A stretch of DNA of 64,000 bases from Octopus sinensis (taxonomy: Eukaryota), in NCBI RefSeq assembly GCF_006345805.1, contig NC_042999.1:165168001-165232000 (forward strand), written 5' to 3'. The position numbers were made by a program, and so were the translations under genes. The notes under the pieces were generated by a model. It was not told the DNA's origin, did not search any database, and worked only from the letters and a program-made list of their open reading frames with translations. How positions within the stretch are numbered: the first letter of the stretch is position 1; each line of letters begins with the position of its first letter. Shown piece by piece: positions 39,556 through 52,000 of the stretch.

Positions 39556-39586
<31 letters not shown>

Positions 39587-40310
39587 TGGTGGTGGTGGTG
39601 GGGTGGTGGTGGTGATGATGATGGTGATGGTGGTGGGGTGGTGGTGGTGGTGATGATGATGGTGATGGTGGTGGGGTGGTTGGTGGTGGTGGTGGTGTGT
39701 GGTGGTGGTGATGATGGTGGTGGTGGTGGTGGTGGTGTGGTGGTGGTGATGGTGATGATGATGGTGGCGGTGGTGGTGGTGGTGGTGGTGGTTGGTGGTG
39801 ATGATGATGGGGTGGTGGTGGTGGTGGTGGTGGTGGTGGTGGTGGTGGTGATGGTGATGATGATGGTGGTGGTGGTGGTGCTGGTGGTGGTGGTGGTGGT
39901 GGTGTGATGATGATGGTGGTGGTGGTGGTGGTGGTGTGGTGGTGGTGGTGTGTGGTGGTGGTGATGGTCGTGGTGGTGGTGATGAGATGGTGGTGTGGTG
40001 GTGGTTGTGGTGGTGGTGGTTTGGTGGTAGTGGTGGTGTCGGGTGATGATGGTGGTGGTTGGTGGTGGTGGTGGTGGTGGTGGTGGTGATGATGGTCGTG
40101 GTGGTGGTGGTGATGTGATGATGATGGTGGTGGTGGTGGTGGTGGTGGTGGTGGTGGTGGTGGTGGTGATGGTGGTGATGATGATGGTCGTGGTGGTGGT
40201 GATGATGATGGTGGTGGTGGTGGTGGTGGTGGTGGTGGTGGTGGTGGTGGTGGTGGTGGTGATGATGGTCGTGGTGGTGGTGGTGATGATGATGATTGAA
40301 TGACGATGAT
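37846..40310. repeat. ~2.5-kb (GGT)n microsatellite with GAT/GT/TAGTGTA variants
   Basis: Direct reading; source of the spurious 879-aa ORFs. Confidence 0.97.
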
Positions 40311-40639
40311 GATGAAAGTGGTGATTATTATTAATATTAGCATTATCATTGTTATGAACGACTAATCTCTCACATGTGACCACTTAAAACATAATCCAAT
40401 AATGTGAGCTTCATATTGATCGCTTTAAATATGTTTCCAGTCCTAACTTTAGATTTCAGGCATTAACCCTCGCTTACCAACGGCAACGTAAAAGAATCAT
40501 GGTTAAACGTTAACCACTTAAAAATGCAACCTTTCCAAGTGAGTTTTTAAAGAATTATCCCTCGGTGCATTTGTTTCTTGGAGATAGGGTGAAGAATCCT
40601 CTCACTCCTTTTTCTATTAAATCAATGCCAAAGAAAAAA

Positions 40640-40766
40640 GGAAGGAGGAGGAGGAGGAGGAGGAGGAGGAGGAGGAGAAGAAGAAGAAGAAGAAGAAGAA
40701 GAAGAAGAAGAAGAAGAAGAAGAAGAAGAAGAAGAAGAAGAAGAAGAAGAAGAAGAAGAAGAAGAA
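40640..40766. repeat. (GGA)n(GAA)n microsatellite
   Basis: Direct reading. Confidence 0.95.
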
Positions 40767-41020
40767 TACGGAAACTTTCTCCGAGAATAACTTCCAAATA
40801 TTCTTTGAAATAGGATTAATATTTCTGATTGCATCGGCGGATTAATTTAGTGCTAATCAGAGATTTATTCAATATACATCACCCAGAGATTAAAGTCATT
40901 TAGGACATTTGGTTCACAAATAAAAGCAATCCGCCAGATCTGTAAACATTCTTGCCGAGCACGCTACAGCCATTAACGCACCACAACGTTGAATCCTCTC
41001 CCCCCTCTCTCTGTCTCCCT

Positions 41021-41054
<34 letters not shown>

Positions 41055-41058
<4 letters not shown>

Positions 41059-42430
41059 ATAGGGAATAAATCCAAACTTACAGGGAAAAATTAGATTTAG
41101 GATTAAATCCAATTTTATAGTATAAATATATATTATATTATATTAAATTAGAGATAAAACCACTATTAGGCAAATCAAACAATGAAAAACATAAACCAAT
41201 ACATAAAATTAAATTAAAAATATAAAAGTTAAAAATAAAAAATTATTTAAATAATTTAAACTTATAAATTTAAATTTATAAATATATATATATATGTATG
41301 TATGTATATTTTTATATTTATATATTATTTAATTTATTCATTTTTTAATTTTTTTTATTTTTTTAATAATTATCAAAAGTATTAAAAGTTTAATAAAAGA
41401 TAAAGAGTAAAACACTACGACCGTTTCATGGCCGTACCCATTCGAATAACAATAATTTAAATTCAATTAATAATTCGAGTTATGGTTACAGTCAATCTTC
41501 AGGTTAATTGAAATATTTTTTAAATAATCAGAAATATTTAAACAATATTTTTAAGATATAAATAATATAATAATTTTACTAATAATAAACTCTAATATCA
41601 AACTAGAAACTTAAAACTTAACAATTATGATTATATCAAAATCGAGAATAATGTTAAATATTAATTTTAATTTTTAAGGTAAGAAACCCACCAATAATCT
41701 AATATCGGTAATAAAAAATTTTTTTAAATGCTTATTATATATAAATTATCAATGAAAATATATAAATGTATATAAATAAATATTATAATTAAGATCTAAA
41801 ATAATTCTAAAAATCAATATATATGCACATATAATAAAGACCTAATAAATTAATTTTCATATTTAAAGAAGAAATAGCTAATTTCAAAAATACAAACAAG
41901 CAAACTTAAACGAACTTTCGGAAATCTTATTTAAAATACTTATAGAAATAATCAAATCGTAGTTATATAGTATCGAATAAATACTATACATACTATAAAA
42001 ATATATTTATGAATGGAAAAAAACTAGTGAATATCATTTAAAAAGACAATAACTAAGTTATGCTATTAAGTTAGACATGGCCTGGACCAATCTTTGGTCG
42101 AAACATATCTAAGTTTATCTAAGTTTATCTAATTTTAATTATAAGAAATTTAAAACTACAATTAATACTATTAATACACGTATATACACAAACCCAACTT
42201 TAGGCAACTCGTATACTATCAAACAACAAATCTATCGCTAAGTAATATCTTACGAATAAACTTAAAATTTAATATCTAATAATATAGAAAATTACGATAA
42301 TTAGATCATTACATAAACAACGATATTTACATAAGAAGAATATTATTACACCAAAGACTTATAAAATATTAAAATTTACAATTTAAGGATCTTAAATATA
42401 AATAAATACTTATCTTAGCGAGGTTTTGTA
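41055..42430. mobile_element. Extremely AT-rich decayed repeat, probably Penelope-like, carrying a decayed hammerhead
   Basis: 41140-41210 resembles 9972-10035, which also precedes a hammerhead; HHR remnant at 41413-41510. No convincing ORF. Confidence 0.35.
41413..41510 (-). ncRNA. Decayed type-I hammerhead ribozyme with long stem II
   Basis: CUGAAGA uugacuguaaccau..ucgaau...auucgaaugggu acggccau GAAA CGG UC; stem II partly unpaired by transitions, stem I weak. Confidence 0.5.
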
Positions 42431-42500
<70 letters not shown>

Positions 42501-43245
42501 AAGTAATTAAGTGTTTAGCAACGATTTGCCTCAACACACACCGAATTTAGAAATAGCAGTCAAAGAGTTTTGGCTATTCTTTCTACTTAAAAGGGAGATC
42601 CCAGTAAAACCACAGCACTTAAAAGGCAAACAACGCAGGCAAAAGAGAAAGAAATGACTATAATCATTCTACATTAAGTCACCTACGGACGTACGTTTCG
42701 GAATTAAGTCATAGGTAAGCATAAAAATTAAATAATTATGTCTTACCCAACTATTTTCCTCTTCAGCGTAGGACTCTTCAATTATAAATAATTGCGTCTC
42801 AATCATTAATAATTGTGTATTAAATTTGAAGGCACTAGAAGACATCACCTCAACTCATGGTATCAGAGCGAGCGTAAGCCATTACCAGTACCACCAAATT
42901 CAAAGGGTGAATGAAAGTATGTCACCATCCCCCTTCCGTCAGCGTGCTGCCAAAATAAGATGCTACAGTTTTTTTACTGGGATGAAATATAATTATCAAT
43001 AATAAAAAAGGGTGAAATTAATTAATTTGGAATAATCATTAATTTCACCAAGTAGATTTCGGCATGTAAAAGCCCCATTCAAGGAAGGTTTAAGTAATAC
43101 TAAGTAATTAAGGGTTTAGCAACGATTTGCCTCACCACACACCGAATTTAGAAATAGCAGTCAAAGAGTTTGGGCTATTCTTTCTACTTAAAAGGGAGAT
43201 CCCAGTAAAACCACAGCACTTAAAAGGCAAACAACGCAGGCAAAA
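42501..43245 (-). mobile_element. Non-coding terminally redundant element (601-bp unit, 144-bp direct repeats) containing a hammerhead; retrozyme/non-autonomous Penelope-like
   Basis: 42501-42644 and 43102-43245 differ at 3 positions; TA repeats on both flanks; HHR at 42682-42772; no ORF in the track. Confidence 0.75.
42682..42772 (-). ncRNA. Type-I hammerhead ribozyme with canonical core
   Basis: CCUACG CUGAAGA GGAA [~52-nt hairpin insert] UUCC GAAA CGUACG UC CGUAGG: 6-bp stem I, G10.1-C11.1 pair, palindromic stem III, GUC triplet. Predicted cut between plus-strand 42688 and 42687. Confidence 0.85.
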
Positions 43246-43754
43246 TATATATACATACATTCTTTTATTTGTTTCAGCCATTTGACCGTGGCCATGCAGA
43301 GGCACCACCTTGGAGGGTTTTAGTTGATTAAATCGACCTCAATATATGTGTGTGTGTGTGTGTGTGTATGTGTGTGTGTGTGTGTGTCCCCGTCTGTTTG
43401 TCCCTCATCCTCCACCTCTTGACAACCGGTGTGTTTATGTCCCCGTAACTTAGCGGTTCGGCAAAATATAACGATAGAATAAGTACCAGGCTTAAAAAAA
43501 GTATTGGGGTCGATACATTCGACTATAAATTCTTCAAGGTAGTACCCCAGCTTGAAGAATCTGTCTTGTGAGTCTTTCCCGCGCTATTTTACTCCCATGT
43601 CTGTAGTAGACCACACGGGGTGTTGTGTCCTCGAGTAAGGCATCGCATTTTACAATTCTTCAGTTTACTTAAATAGGTACCAATCATTTACTCATATCTT
43701 AAATATAAATACGGATCTTAAATATAAATAAATACTTATCTTAGCGAGGTTTTG

Positions 43755-43791
<37 letters not shown>

Positions 43792-43799
43792 TATTTTAA

Positions 43800-43980
43800 A
43801 CTTAGTATTTGTCCTAACAGTCTCCTTCGCTGAACCGCTAAGTTACGGGGACGTAAACACTCACAATGCTTTGATCGACTCTAGGCAATAGTAGAACCAC
43901 CTGCCTAAGGTACCACGCAGTGGAACTGACCTCGGAACTGGTTAGGAAACATGCCTCTTACCACACAGCCTCGCATGCCA
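43800..43980 (-). mobile_element. SINE family A fragment with internal deletion
   Basis: GAACCGCTAAGTTACGGGGACGTAAACAC and head remnant. Confidence 0.65.
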
Positions 43981-44379
43981 CTTCCGATCTCACAATTTCT
44001 TCTGTGAATCACCCTCCATAAACCGTGCACTAAAAACATAAGTTAATCATTCTTCTTCATAACTACAATTCACTGGAACTCTCTGTGTTTCCTTCTGCAA
44101 ACGTTAGTCTATCGAAGTTCAAACTGAGTACTAACAGCATCGAACCTCACCAATCTACGAAAGAACGAGAGAGCTTTATGCAGTCGCTCGGGCAAGTAGA
44201 AATAGCAGTAAAATCCATCACAAATTTTATCTACGTGTCTTTCAACAAAAAAAAGGTACCTTGGGGTCTGCAATCCTGATTTATTTTCGAATTAAGAGAT
44301 CTTTATAATAGGAATGTCATAGCTCATATTCTTGTCCGATCAGGGATTATTTAGGATCAAACAAAAACAACGATGTGGT

Positions 44380-45700
44380 GTACCGACTATGCTAGTTTCT
44401 TGCATCTAACTCTCCTTATCTCTTCCCTTCCACTAATCTTTATAAATACTGATATTGTCTTTCTCTTTTTGTATTGATACAAGTGGTAAAACGTATGAAA
44501 AGGAACACGAGATATGTGACACTATGCATAGTGAAGTAGCCATTGTTGTCGTACTGCCATAAATCAGGGAAGTACTGGTCTAGCACCTCGGAAACATACC
44601 ATTCCTTACACGTAATTTGTTTATACCTATAAATACAATAATGATTTATGTTAAGATTCAATAGTCTTTAACTTTCTACATATTTACACCTCATTCCCAC
44701 TGGGCGATGGGTTTCCTGGCAGAAGCCATGGGGCATGAATTCTTGCGAATTGACTACATTTGTTTCAATACCCCATATCATAATCTTTCTATCGTTTTTG
44801 CAAAAGTTTTATTACTTCCACTTCAGAATATACTTTCAAAATCTTTTGTAATCGAAAATAAGTAGAAAATCTTATAATTTTGCCGGAAATAATGCTTTGC
44901 ATGCGAAGCAAGCTGTACAAGATATTATTATGAATGCCGATAGCTTGGATGATATATCAGACGGAGAAAATTTTTATAGAAACAAATAGCAACAGATAAT
45001 AGGTCAAATGGAGAAATTTGTTACTCTTTTCTTTCTGTTTGCAGTATGAGTCCTGTTGCCTAACTCAGCCAAATTAACACGACATCTGTGATGAACGATG
45101 ATGTGTGGATTACTTGCTAAAACAAAAGCAAACATTTCTCACAACGTTAGATTCCTTTATTTCTGTGTAACAAGAATAAGGTACAAGAGACTGATGACAG
45201 AAAAAATGATAAAAGCTGTGTTTCTCCTGCGTTTTGTTTCAAATGTTCTAAGCAAACCCAAATGCAGTTCTGAAAGCAATAGTGCTTCAAGTACGATTCA
45301 TATCCTTGTTCAAGTGTTTGGACTAGAGAACTGTAGAAGAACAGGAAGGAAGTTTGTACCTGATTAGACTTCATGGTAATAAACTTTGAGTAAAGTATAT
45401 ACAAAGAAGCAAAGGTTTCCTAATGCCAAATGAATAGCAGATATATCAAGTATCTTATTATAGAACCAATCGAAGTACAGACTTGAGGTAACTGCGAAAA
45501 AGGAAATTATTTCTCACAAGTATTTAAATAATCAACCCTGCTGCTCCAAGTGTCGAAAAAAGAGCTAGATACTCTTGAAAATGATATAACACCATGCATG
45601 TTTTATATATAAAAGTAAGTTGTCCGTTCCAATAATTCTTCGAACAAAACAAACAGTTCCACTTGTTACGGTTATCTCTACAGATATTCAATATAACTTA
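44380..45700 (-). pseudogene. Heavily decayed hAT (Charlie/Buster-like) transposase
   Basis: Peptides YFPDLW...SVTYLV....TCINTKRER (dimerisation-domain-like), YYHEV (L.H.EVRW-like) and HGVI (HC.IH-like) in the expected order; many stops. Confidence 0.4.
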
Positions 45701-46317
45701 TGGCCAGTACTGATTTTTCTTACGATTTTTCGCATGCAAGACGTCGACTATTTAATCAATGTGTTCGAATGTATCCAGTAACGTTACACCGCTGTGTTTA
45801 GTGGCTATTTAAGCAACTTCTCGGATACGAAACATCGTAACGAAAATCAGTGCTGACAATACTTTCTATAGAATATCTATAGAGATAACCTTAACAAGTG
45901 ATGTCAAGCACACTGCTAATACAGTAGAATACGGCATTGACTTGGAAAAATGTTTATTATACTTTATAGAGTATTATGGTTGCCTAACGAAATACCGCGT
46001 GCCTACAAGTCATTAATAGTACCACTTCAACCCCAAACAATTCTATCAAGAATTTCATAAATAGAAGTTAATGCAGCACCAGAAACAAGATAATTAAAAG
46101 AATACTGGGAAGGAAAATTGGCAGCGAAAGAATCACCGTACACAAAGTTGGTGAAGACAACGAAAACAACACCGCAACAACTGTGTGTCAATAACAACAG
46201 AAGTAACAGATATATTGCAAAAATGAAGGGGAAAGTAACCAGGCATGACATGATCCCTGACTTCTGTTTAACATATTTAACATATCACAAGAGGTTAGCA
46301 AAAAAGTTTAATGAGGG

Positions 46318-46720
46318 ACGCAGGAGTAGCCGTATGGTAAGAAGTGTGCTTTTCAATGACATGACTCCAGGTTCAGTCTCACTGCATGGAACCTTGGGCA
46401 AGTGTCTTATACTATAGCCTCTAACCGACAAAAGCCTTGTGAGCGGATTTGGTAGACGGAAACTGAAAGAAGCCCGTCGTATATGAATATATTTACGTGT
46501 GTTTTTGTGTCTATGTGTGTTCCCAACCACCGCTTGACAACCGATGTTGGTACGTTTACGTGCCCACAACTTCACAGTTCGGCAAGAGATACTAATAGAA
46601 TGAGTGCCAGGTTTAGAAAAAAGTGCTGTGGTCGATTCATTCGACTACAATTCCTCAAGGTGGTTCCCCAAAATGACCACAACCTAATGACTGAAACAAG
46701 TAAAAGATAAAAGATAAAAG
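46318..46720 (+). mobile_element. SINE family A
   Basis: As other family A copies. Confidence 0.8.
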
Positions 46721-46769
46721 AATCTGACGGACCCAGAGATAATACCTGATAAGCTGAAAACCCTCAAAT

Positions 46770-47194
46770 AACCATCGTTTCTACATAGGGATGGGGCTTG
46801 CTGATATACAAAATAGATCAAAGCTAATAGATCAGATGCTATTGTAAAGGACCATCAAGAAAAAAAAGTACCTCCTAACTGACAATTTAGTTTCAATAGT
46901 TGATAATGTAAAGAATATGGCAAAATTATCCAAAAACACAGGTGTGGAAATATAGATAAGCCTAAATGCCGATCCTGAAACCGGTTCAATGCCTTAGGTT
47001 CAATAGATAAATGCATAAGTAAAAATATCAAGACTTAACAATTTGCATTACAGGTCCCTCACACACGCATATTACGTAAGACTTTCAATACAGTAAAATG
47101 AATAAAACCAAACCAAGGACATTGCACATACCCTACTTACACAGAGATACGCTCGGTAGCGCAGTGAAAGCGCGCAATGAAAGTAAAACTACTG

Positions 47195-47195
<1 letters not shown>
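46770..47195 (+). mobile_element. R4/Dong-clade LINE 3' remnant (third family) followed by a trinucleotide tract
   Basis: KIKANRSDAIVKDHQEKK..LTD and HILRKT..Q* peptides; short 3' UTR; then (CAT/TAT)n 47195-47415. Confidence 0.6.
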
Positions 47196-47415
<220 letters not shown>

Positions 47416-47884
47416 ATATAATGACTTTAGATTTTGTTGATTTAAGTGTTCTCGATACAAAAATTGTTCAGGCAGCAAAATATGGAAGATTTGATTAATT
47501 TATTAACGATAATCTCTAAACTATTATCGAGAGAAGCGATTCTCTGCTGCTGTCTGTCTACCCGAATATTTCCAGATATGACATCCTTCACCGACTCCTT
47601 TCACGGTTTGTATAGTTTTCTTTGTTCTCATTTTGATTTGTTCTCAGTCGAGTGGAAGAAAGAGTTGAGCTTCAACTTGTGTTTAAATCCTGTAAAACTT
47701 CGACTTTGCAGAACCAACGGAAGAGTCTCTATCTGGGAAAGGACGGAATGGTCACAGTTAAACACCATTGATCATATATCTGCTTGATCAGAATTGACTT
47801 GGGGGTGGGATAAACAAGAAGAATAAAAACCACACTAATAACTACATCAACTTAGCAGTTTTCCATCTCTCCAGTGGCGATAAT

Positions 47885-48391
47885 CATCATCATCATTGTT
47901 CGACTGTGGTCGAGACAATGGAATTTACCATGCTACCCAGACTTCACGGTCCATCATGGCATTACGGAGGTCCTGTTGCTGGATGCCTGTATCCCTGAAG
48001 CTTACATCAGGGTAGGAGAGTGTGCGCCCTCTGGTATTGCGAGTAGATGGCTTCCAGAGGAGAAGAGTAGAAATTACCTCTTTTTTCAGCTCTACAACAA
48101 TGTCCAGCAAACTGGACTCTCCTACCTTTCACAAGAGATGATACAGGTGGTAGTTTCCCATATATTTGCATTTTGGTTGGATGGCGCTTCCACGAGAGAT
48201 TTTGAGCTCTCATAAGGAGGCGAGTGTAGGTTCCATCCAACCGCCTCTCAAGCTTCTTTGATAACGTCCAGGTTTCTGAGCCATATAGTAGAATTGGTTC
48301 GACTGTGGCTTTGAAGATTTCAAGTTTGAAGTCTCTACTTAGATTTGATGACCAGATCTTATGCATGTCATTACAGGCTGACCAGGCCATA
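47885..48391 (-). mobile_element. 5'-truncated RTE-clade (RTE-X-like) LINE with 8-bp TSD and (GAT)n tail
   Basis: KLEIFKATVEPILLYGSETWTL, LDGTYTRLLM, FAGHC, AMMDREVW. TSD GCGATAAT at 47877-47884 and 48392-48399. Confidence 0.9.
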
Positions 48392-49551
48392 GCGATAATA
48401 CAAGTACCAAGTATAGATATAAACTGGAGTCAAAACAATTGAGTACAGCATGGTCTACAAACATCTACTTTTGTGCCAATATCTGTTGTCAATAGAGCAA
48501 TGGATGGCCAAATACAGAAGCGCATCAGTGAAGATGGCTTGGTTGTATCAATTTACAATTTGAGTTTGAATTTTAACGAAGTCGGTTTTACTTTTCCTCA
48601 TTCTATTGTTAATAGGAAAAGTAGCAGACTAATACTAATTTAATCGGCCATAACTTTTGATTTCTGGTTTTTGTATCAGTGACATAAATAATTATTTGTA
48701 TGTTTAACAAGTGTATATGTACAGATGACAGATTCGATGTAGCATCAAGCAAAATAACTTTGAAGTGTTTAAGCTCTGACTTAAAATTCCGCTGTGATCA
48801 ACTTTTTCTTTTTCTCCTTCTATTTCAAATACAAGTCTCAGTAACATTCCTGCGTGAAGTTAAGTTTCCTTACATGTTTTATGTTCGAATCTCACCCAGG
48901 CTCAATTTCGCTAAAACATAAAATAAAATAAACCCCCAAATACCCCCAAATAATATAATGGGAATTATTAAATTCTTTGCAATACATTTTTGTTATTTTC
49001 TCTAAAATTTAGAAGTAAATTATTCTGAGATGTTGCTGATGGACTAAATTGTGCGTTTCGCTACTTGATTAATTTTTAGGAGTTCAAATTTCACTAGAAA
49101 TGTCATTGCTAATGACCATTGACCCATGGTCAATAAAAATCAGTATCAGTCATACGTTCACTGATTGGGGAGTTGATTCAATCGGCAAAACTCCCTTTCA
49201 CACATTTCTAGTTTTATGTCATATTTCAAAATCGCTATTTGAACATCTTTTTGCGAATGTTATTTTTGCCGGGGGTAAACACGTGCCAATTGAGAACACA
49301 AACGGGATTTTAATGCCGTATGTGATTAAACATTTGCTGCTTATATCCTTCAGTATACATGGACACTAGAATTTCTTATTTTCTCTAAGTAAGATTTCAT
49401 AACTAAAGTAAAGTATTGTTGTTGACATCATAAGAATAAACTTTATAAATTTTCGAGAGAACAGGAAATAATTATTGTTTTGGAACTGGGCCTCAATGCA
49501 TATAAAGCTATAAATAGTGGCGTGTAAATACTGAAAAACATTTTTGGATAG

Positions 49552-49600
49552 AAAAAAAAGGCTGCCGTGGGATTCGAGCCCACATCTCCGGTAGACATGA
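49552..49600 (-). pseudogene. tRNA-Leu-like 3' half followed by an oligo-T tract
   Basis: GGAGATGTGGGCTCGAATCCCACGGCAGCC then T8 resembles tRNA-Leu GGAGGCGTGGGTTCGAATCCCACCGCTGCC; no 5' half found. Confidence 0.35.
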
Positions 49601-49992
49601 CAGGTTTTGTGTTTAGAATAACGCATGTAACAAACACCATCTGGCGTATGCTAGTCGAGAAGAAGTCTCTTGGCAAACCTCGACTCGGGCTTTAACCCGG
49701 GTTAAAGACATTTTTTTCTTCCCTTATGACGGTAATGAACATAAATAAACATCAGCGTTTCAAACGTCCAGTTTCCCGGCTCCTGAAACCAGTCAACAAA
49801 CAAAGAAGCAAGCAATATCCCAACGTGTTGTTGAACGGAAGATGATAGCTGTAAACTATTTCCAACAGAAGCCGTGACACACTTTCAATTACTGGTAGGT
49901 AACTTTTCCAGGAATGCAATGCATCGTTATTCAGAGATGATGCTGGCAAACTGCTTGTCATTTACTATATTCTCTGTGTACACGCACGCATA

Positions 49993-50035
<43 letters not shown>

Positions 50036-50329
50036 ACAAACACACTCATACATACAAACACACACATACATGTATGCTCTATTATCACTGGTAGTTGTGA
50101 CATTAACGAGATTATAACTTATTATTAGATTTTAGGGTATAAACGCTACAATAAAACATACGGTGCTTTTACTTAATATTATGACAAGAAGTTGCCGCGG
50201 TTGCAAAGTGCAAATTGCACTCACAAATTATCATGAGATAATTATCAAGCAAGTTAAGAAAATGAGAGTAATCACATATTTTATCAATTTAAAAGTATTT
50301 ATCCACTTACCAAATACCGTCAATGAGAA

Positions 50330-51480
50330 ATGTCTCAATAATTTCAGCAAAAACCAGATAATTTGTGTGGAGGATTTGAAGCAACTCGTGTCATGGTGTC
50401 ATCTGCAGGTAACAGTTTCATGATGCGACATACAGCTCAGGATTCCACTAAGGAGGTCCATGTTGTTTAACAAACGTAAATGTTTATACAGACTATTTGA
50501 ATTTGTTCTGTTAAGCTCTTGCGCCTGAATCTTACACTTAGTAGTGTCTAAAGAAATATGATGTGAACAGCTCAGTAATGAGCTTAAATCTTAAGGGGTG
50601 CGGTGTCCAAGACCATCTACGTAAGAGGTGAAGGTATTAACTGAAGGTATTTATTGGAGAGAAAGAATAAGCTTAAAACTTTTACTGAGAAATGTTTTTA
50701 CAGTTTCTCTATTATTTAGCGGTATATTAACAGGCCATTGGCTTTATTAAGGGCATGCATTTTTTTAGTGGGGACTTATCCATGTTTTCTGTTTAAGACT
50801 TGTAAGAAATTGTAAATGACTAACAGAAACAATTCCTTTTGCATTTATGTAATTTTCTCAAACTTGCTCTTTCCAGTTGCCTCTTCAACTTACAGAGGTT
50901 GTGTATCGGGTTTCTCATTCAGTTAATGCAGTGACCTTATGCTTTGTTGGTTCAGCTTATGTGCATAAAGAATCACATGAACCAAGTTAATTTAACGCGA
51001 CGTGAATCAGGATTAAATTGAGTAAAAAGCAATTCCATAGAGTCTTTTCTACTGACTTTCGTAGTCAAGATCTTGTTTTATTGCTTTTTCACAATGAAGA
51101 GTGAGAACTTCATAATTTTGTCGCTCTGTTGAAACGGTTCAAAACGAGTTTATTTGGTAACTTTATTGTTCCAGTTCAGAAGCTCATTTAGACACTTCTT
51201 TTTGAATAGAAGGGATGACTGTAATCAGAGTACAATATTTTCACAAATAAATGAAAATTATTAATTCTGTGAACTTACCACCGAATCACTTACTGCAATT
51301 TCTAATTTGTAATTAAAGTAGAGCTAAGTTATCAGACAAAGGTAATGCTTCATGGGAATTGCCGAAAGATCAGATACAACACCATGCATTACAGCGGTAT
51401 TTCACTAGCAAATGATATAACATTCTGTTTTAGTTAAACGTCATCAAAACCACAATTGATTAAATGATTCAAAGAACACT
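50330..51480 (-). pseudogene. Possible decayed hAT transposase
   Basis: TAVMHGVVS...KLEIAVSD and a PP.SVES-like remnant in the expected order; weak. Confidence 0.3.
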
Positions 51481-51809
51481 TAGCAATAATCACAGTTTTC
51501 AGATAGTTCAGATAGTTTTCAGATAGTTCAGGTAGTTCAATTAAGTCTAAAATCTACAAACACTAAATTGGGATCACCATCTTTACTTCTTTCACATTTC
51601 AAATAATCTTTTATAATTTTGATTTACCAAAGACAACAGAAATTTTGCTTGATATGCTGACAAGTTTTCGTTTCCATATTAATGACTATATTATTAATTA
51701 TCTCTGTAGCTCTAAAGCAGGAATGCAGTTCAATTTCGAAGTTCCAACCAGTCGAAGTTTATGATCTTATTTAGATTAGCAGATTCTCATCCCTATCTTT
51801 CAAATTTTA

Positions 51810-52000
51810 CCTTTTACTCGTTTCAGTCATTAGACTGCAGTCATGCTCGGGCACCACCCAGAGGAATTTGACCACAGTAATTGATTTTTAAGCCTGGTAC
51901 TCATTCTATCTGTCTCTTCTTGCTGAACTGCTAAGTTACGGGGACGTAAACACACTGACACCGAATGTCAAGCGGTGGCGCGAACAAACACAGACACACA
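51810..52000 (-). mobile_element. SINE family A 3' part
   Basis: Tail and CTAAGTTACGGGGACGTAAAC block. Confidence 0.7.

Noticed and set aside
37710-40383. Two 879-aa Pro/His/Thr-rich ORFs
   Set aside because: Translations of the (ACC)n strand of a microsatellite; no splice or domain evidence.
40463-40470. TTAACCCT piggyBac-like terminus
   Set aside because: No matching opposite end found.
42072-42112. TTAGA...GACC/GGTC GAAA CA TA TCTAA hammerhead-like layout
   Set aside because: Stems fit, but the core position reads CATGGCCTG, unlike CUGANGA.
42858-42869. TGGTATCAGAGC after CA, the classic tRNA-iMet primer binding site of plant LTR elements, inside the ribozyme element
   Set aside because: Not adjacent to either 144-bp repeat, on the strand opposite the ribozyme, and the vertebrate-type iMet PBS would be TGGTAGCAGAG; probably chance, though worth a glance in the family consensus.
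47690-47800. LRLC...NTIDHISA zinc-finger-like LINE remnant
   Set aside because: Too short and decayed to delimit.
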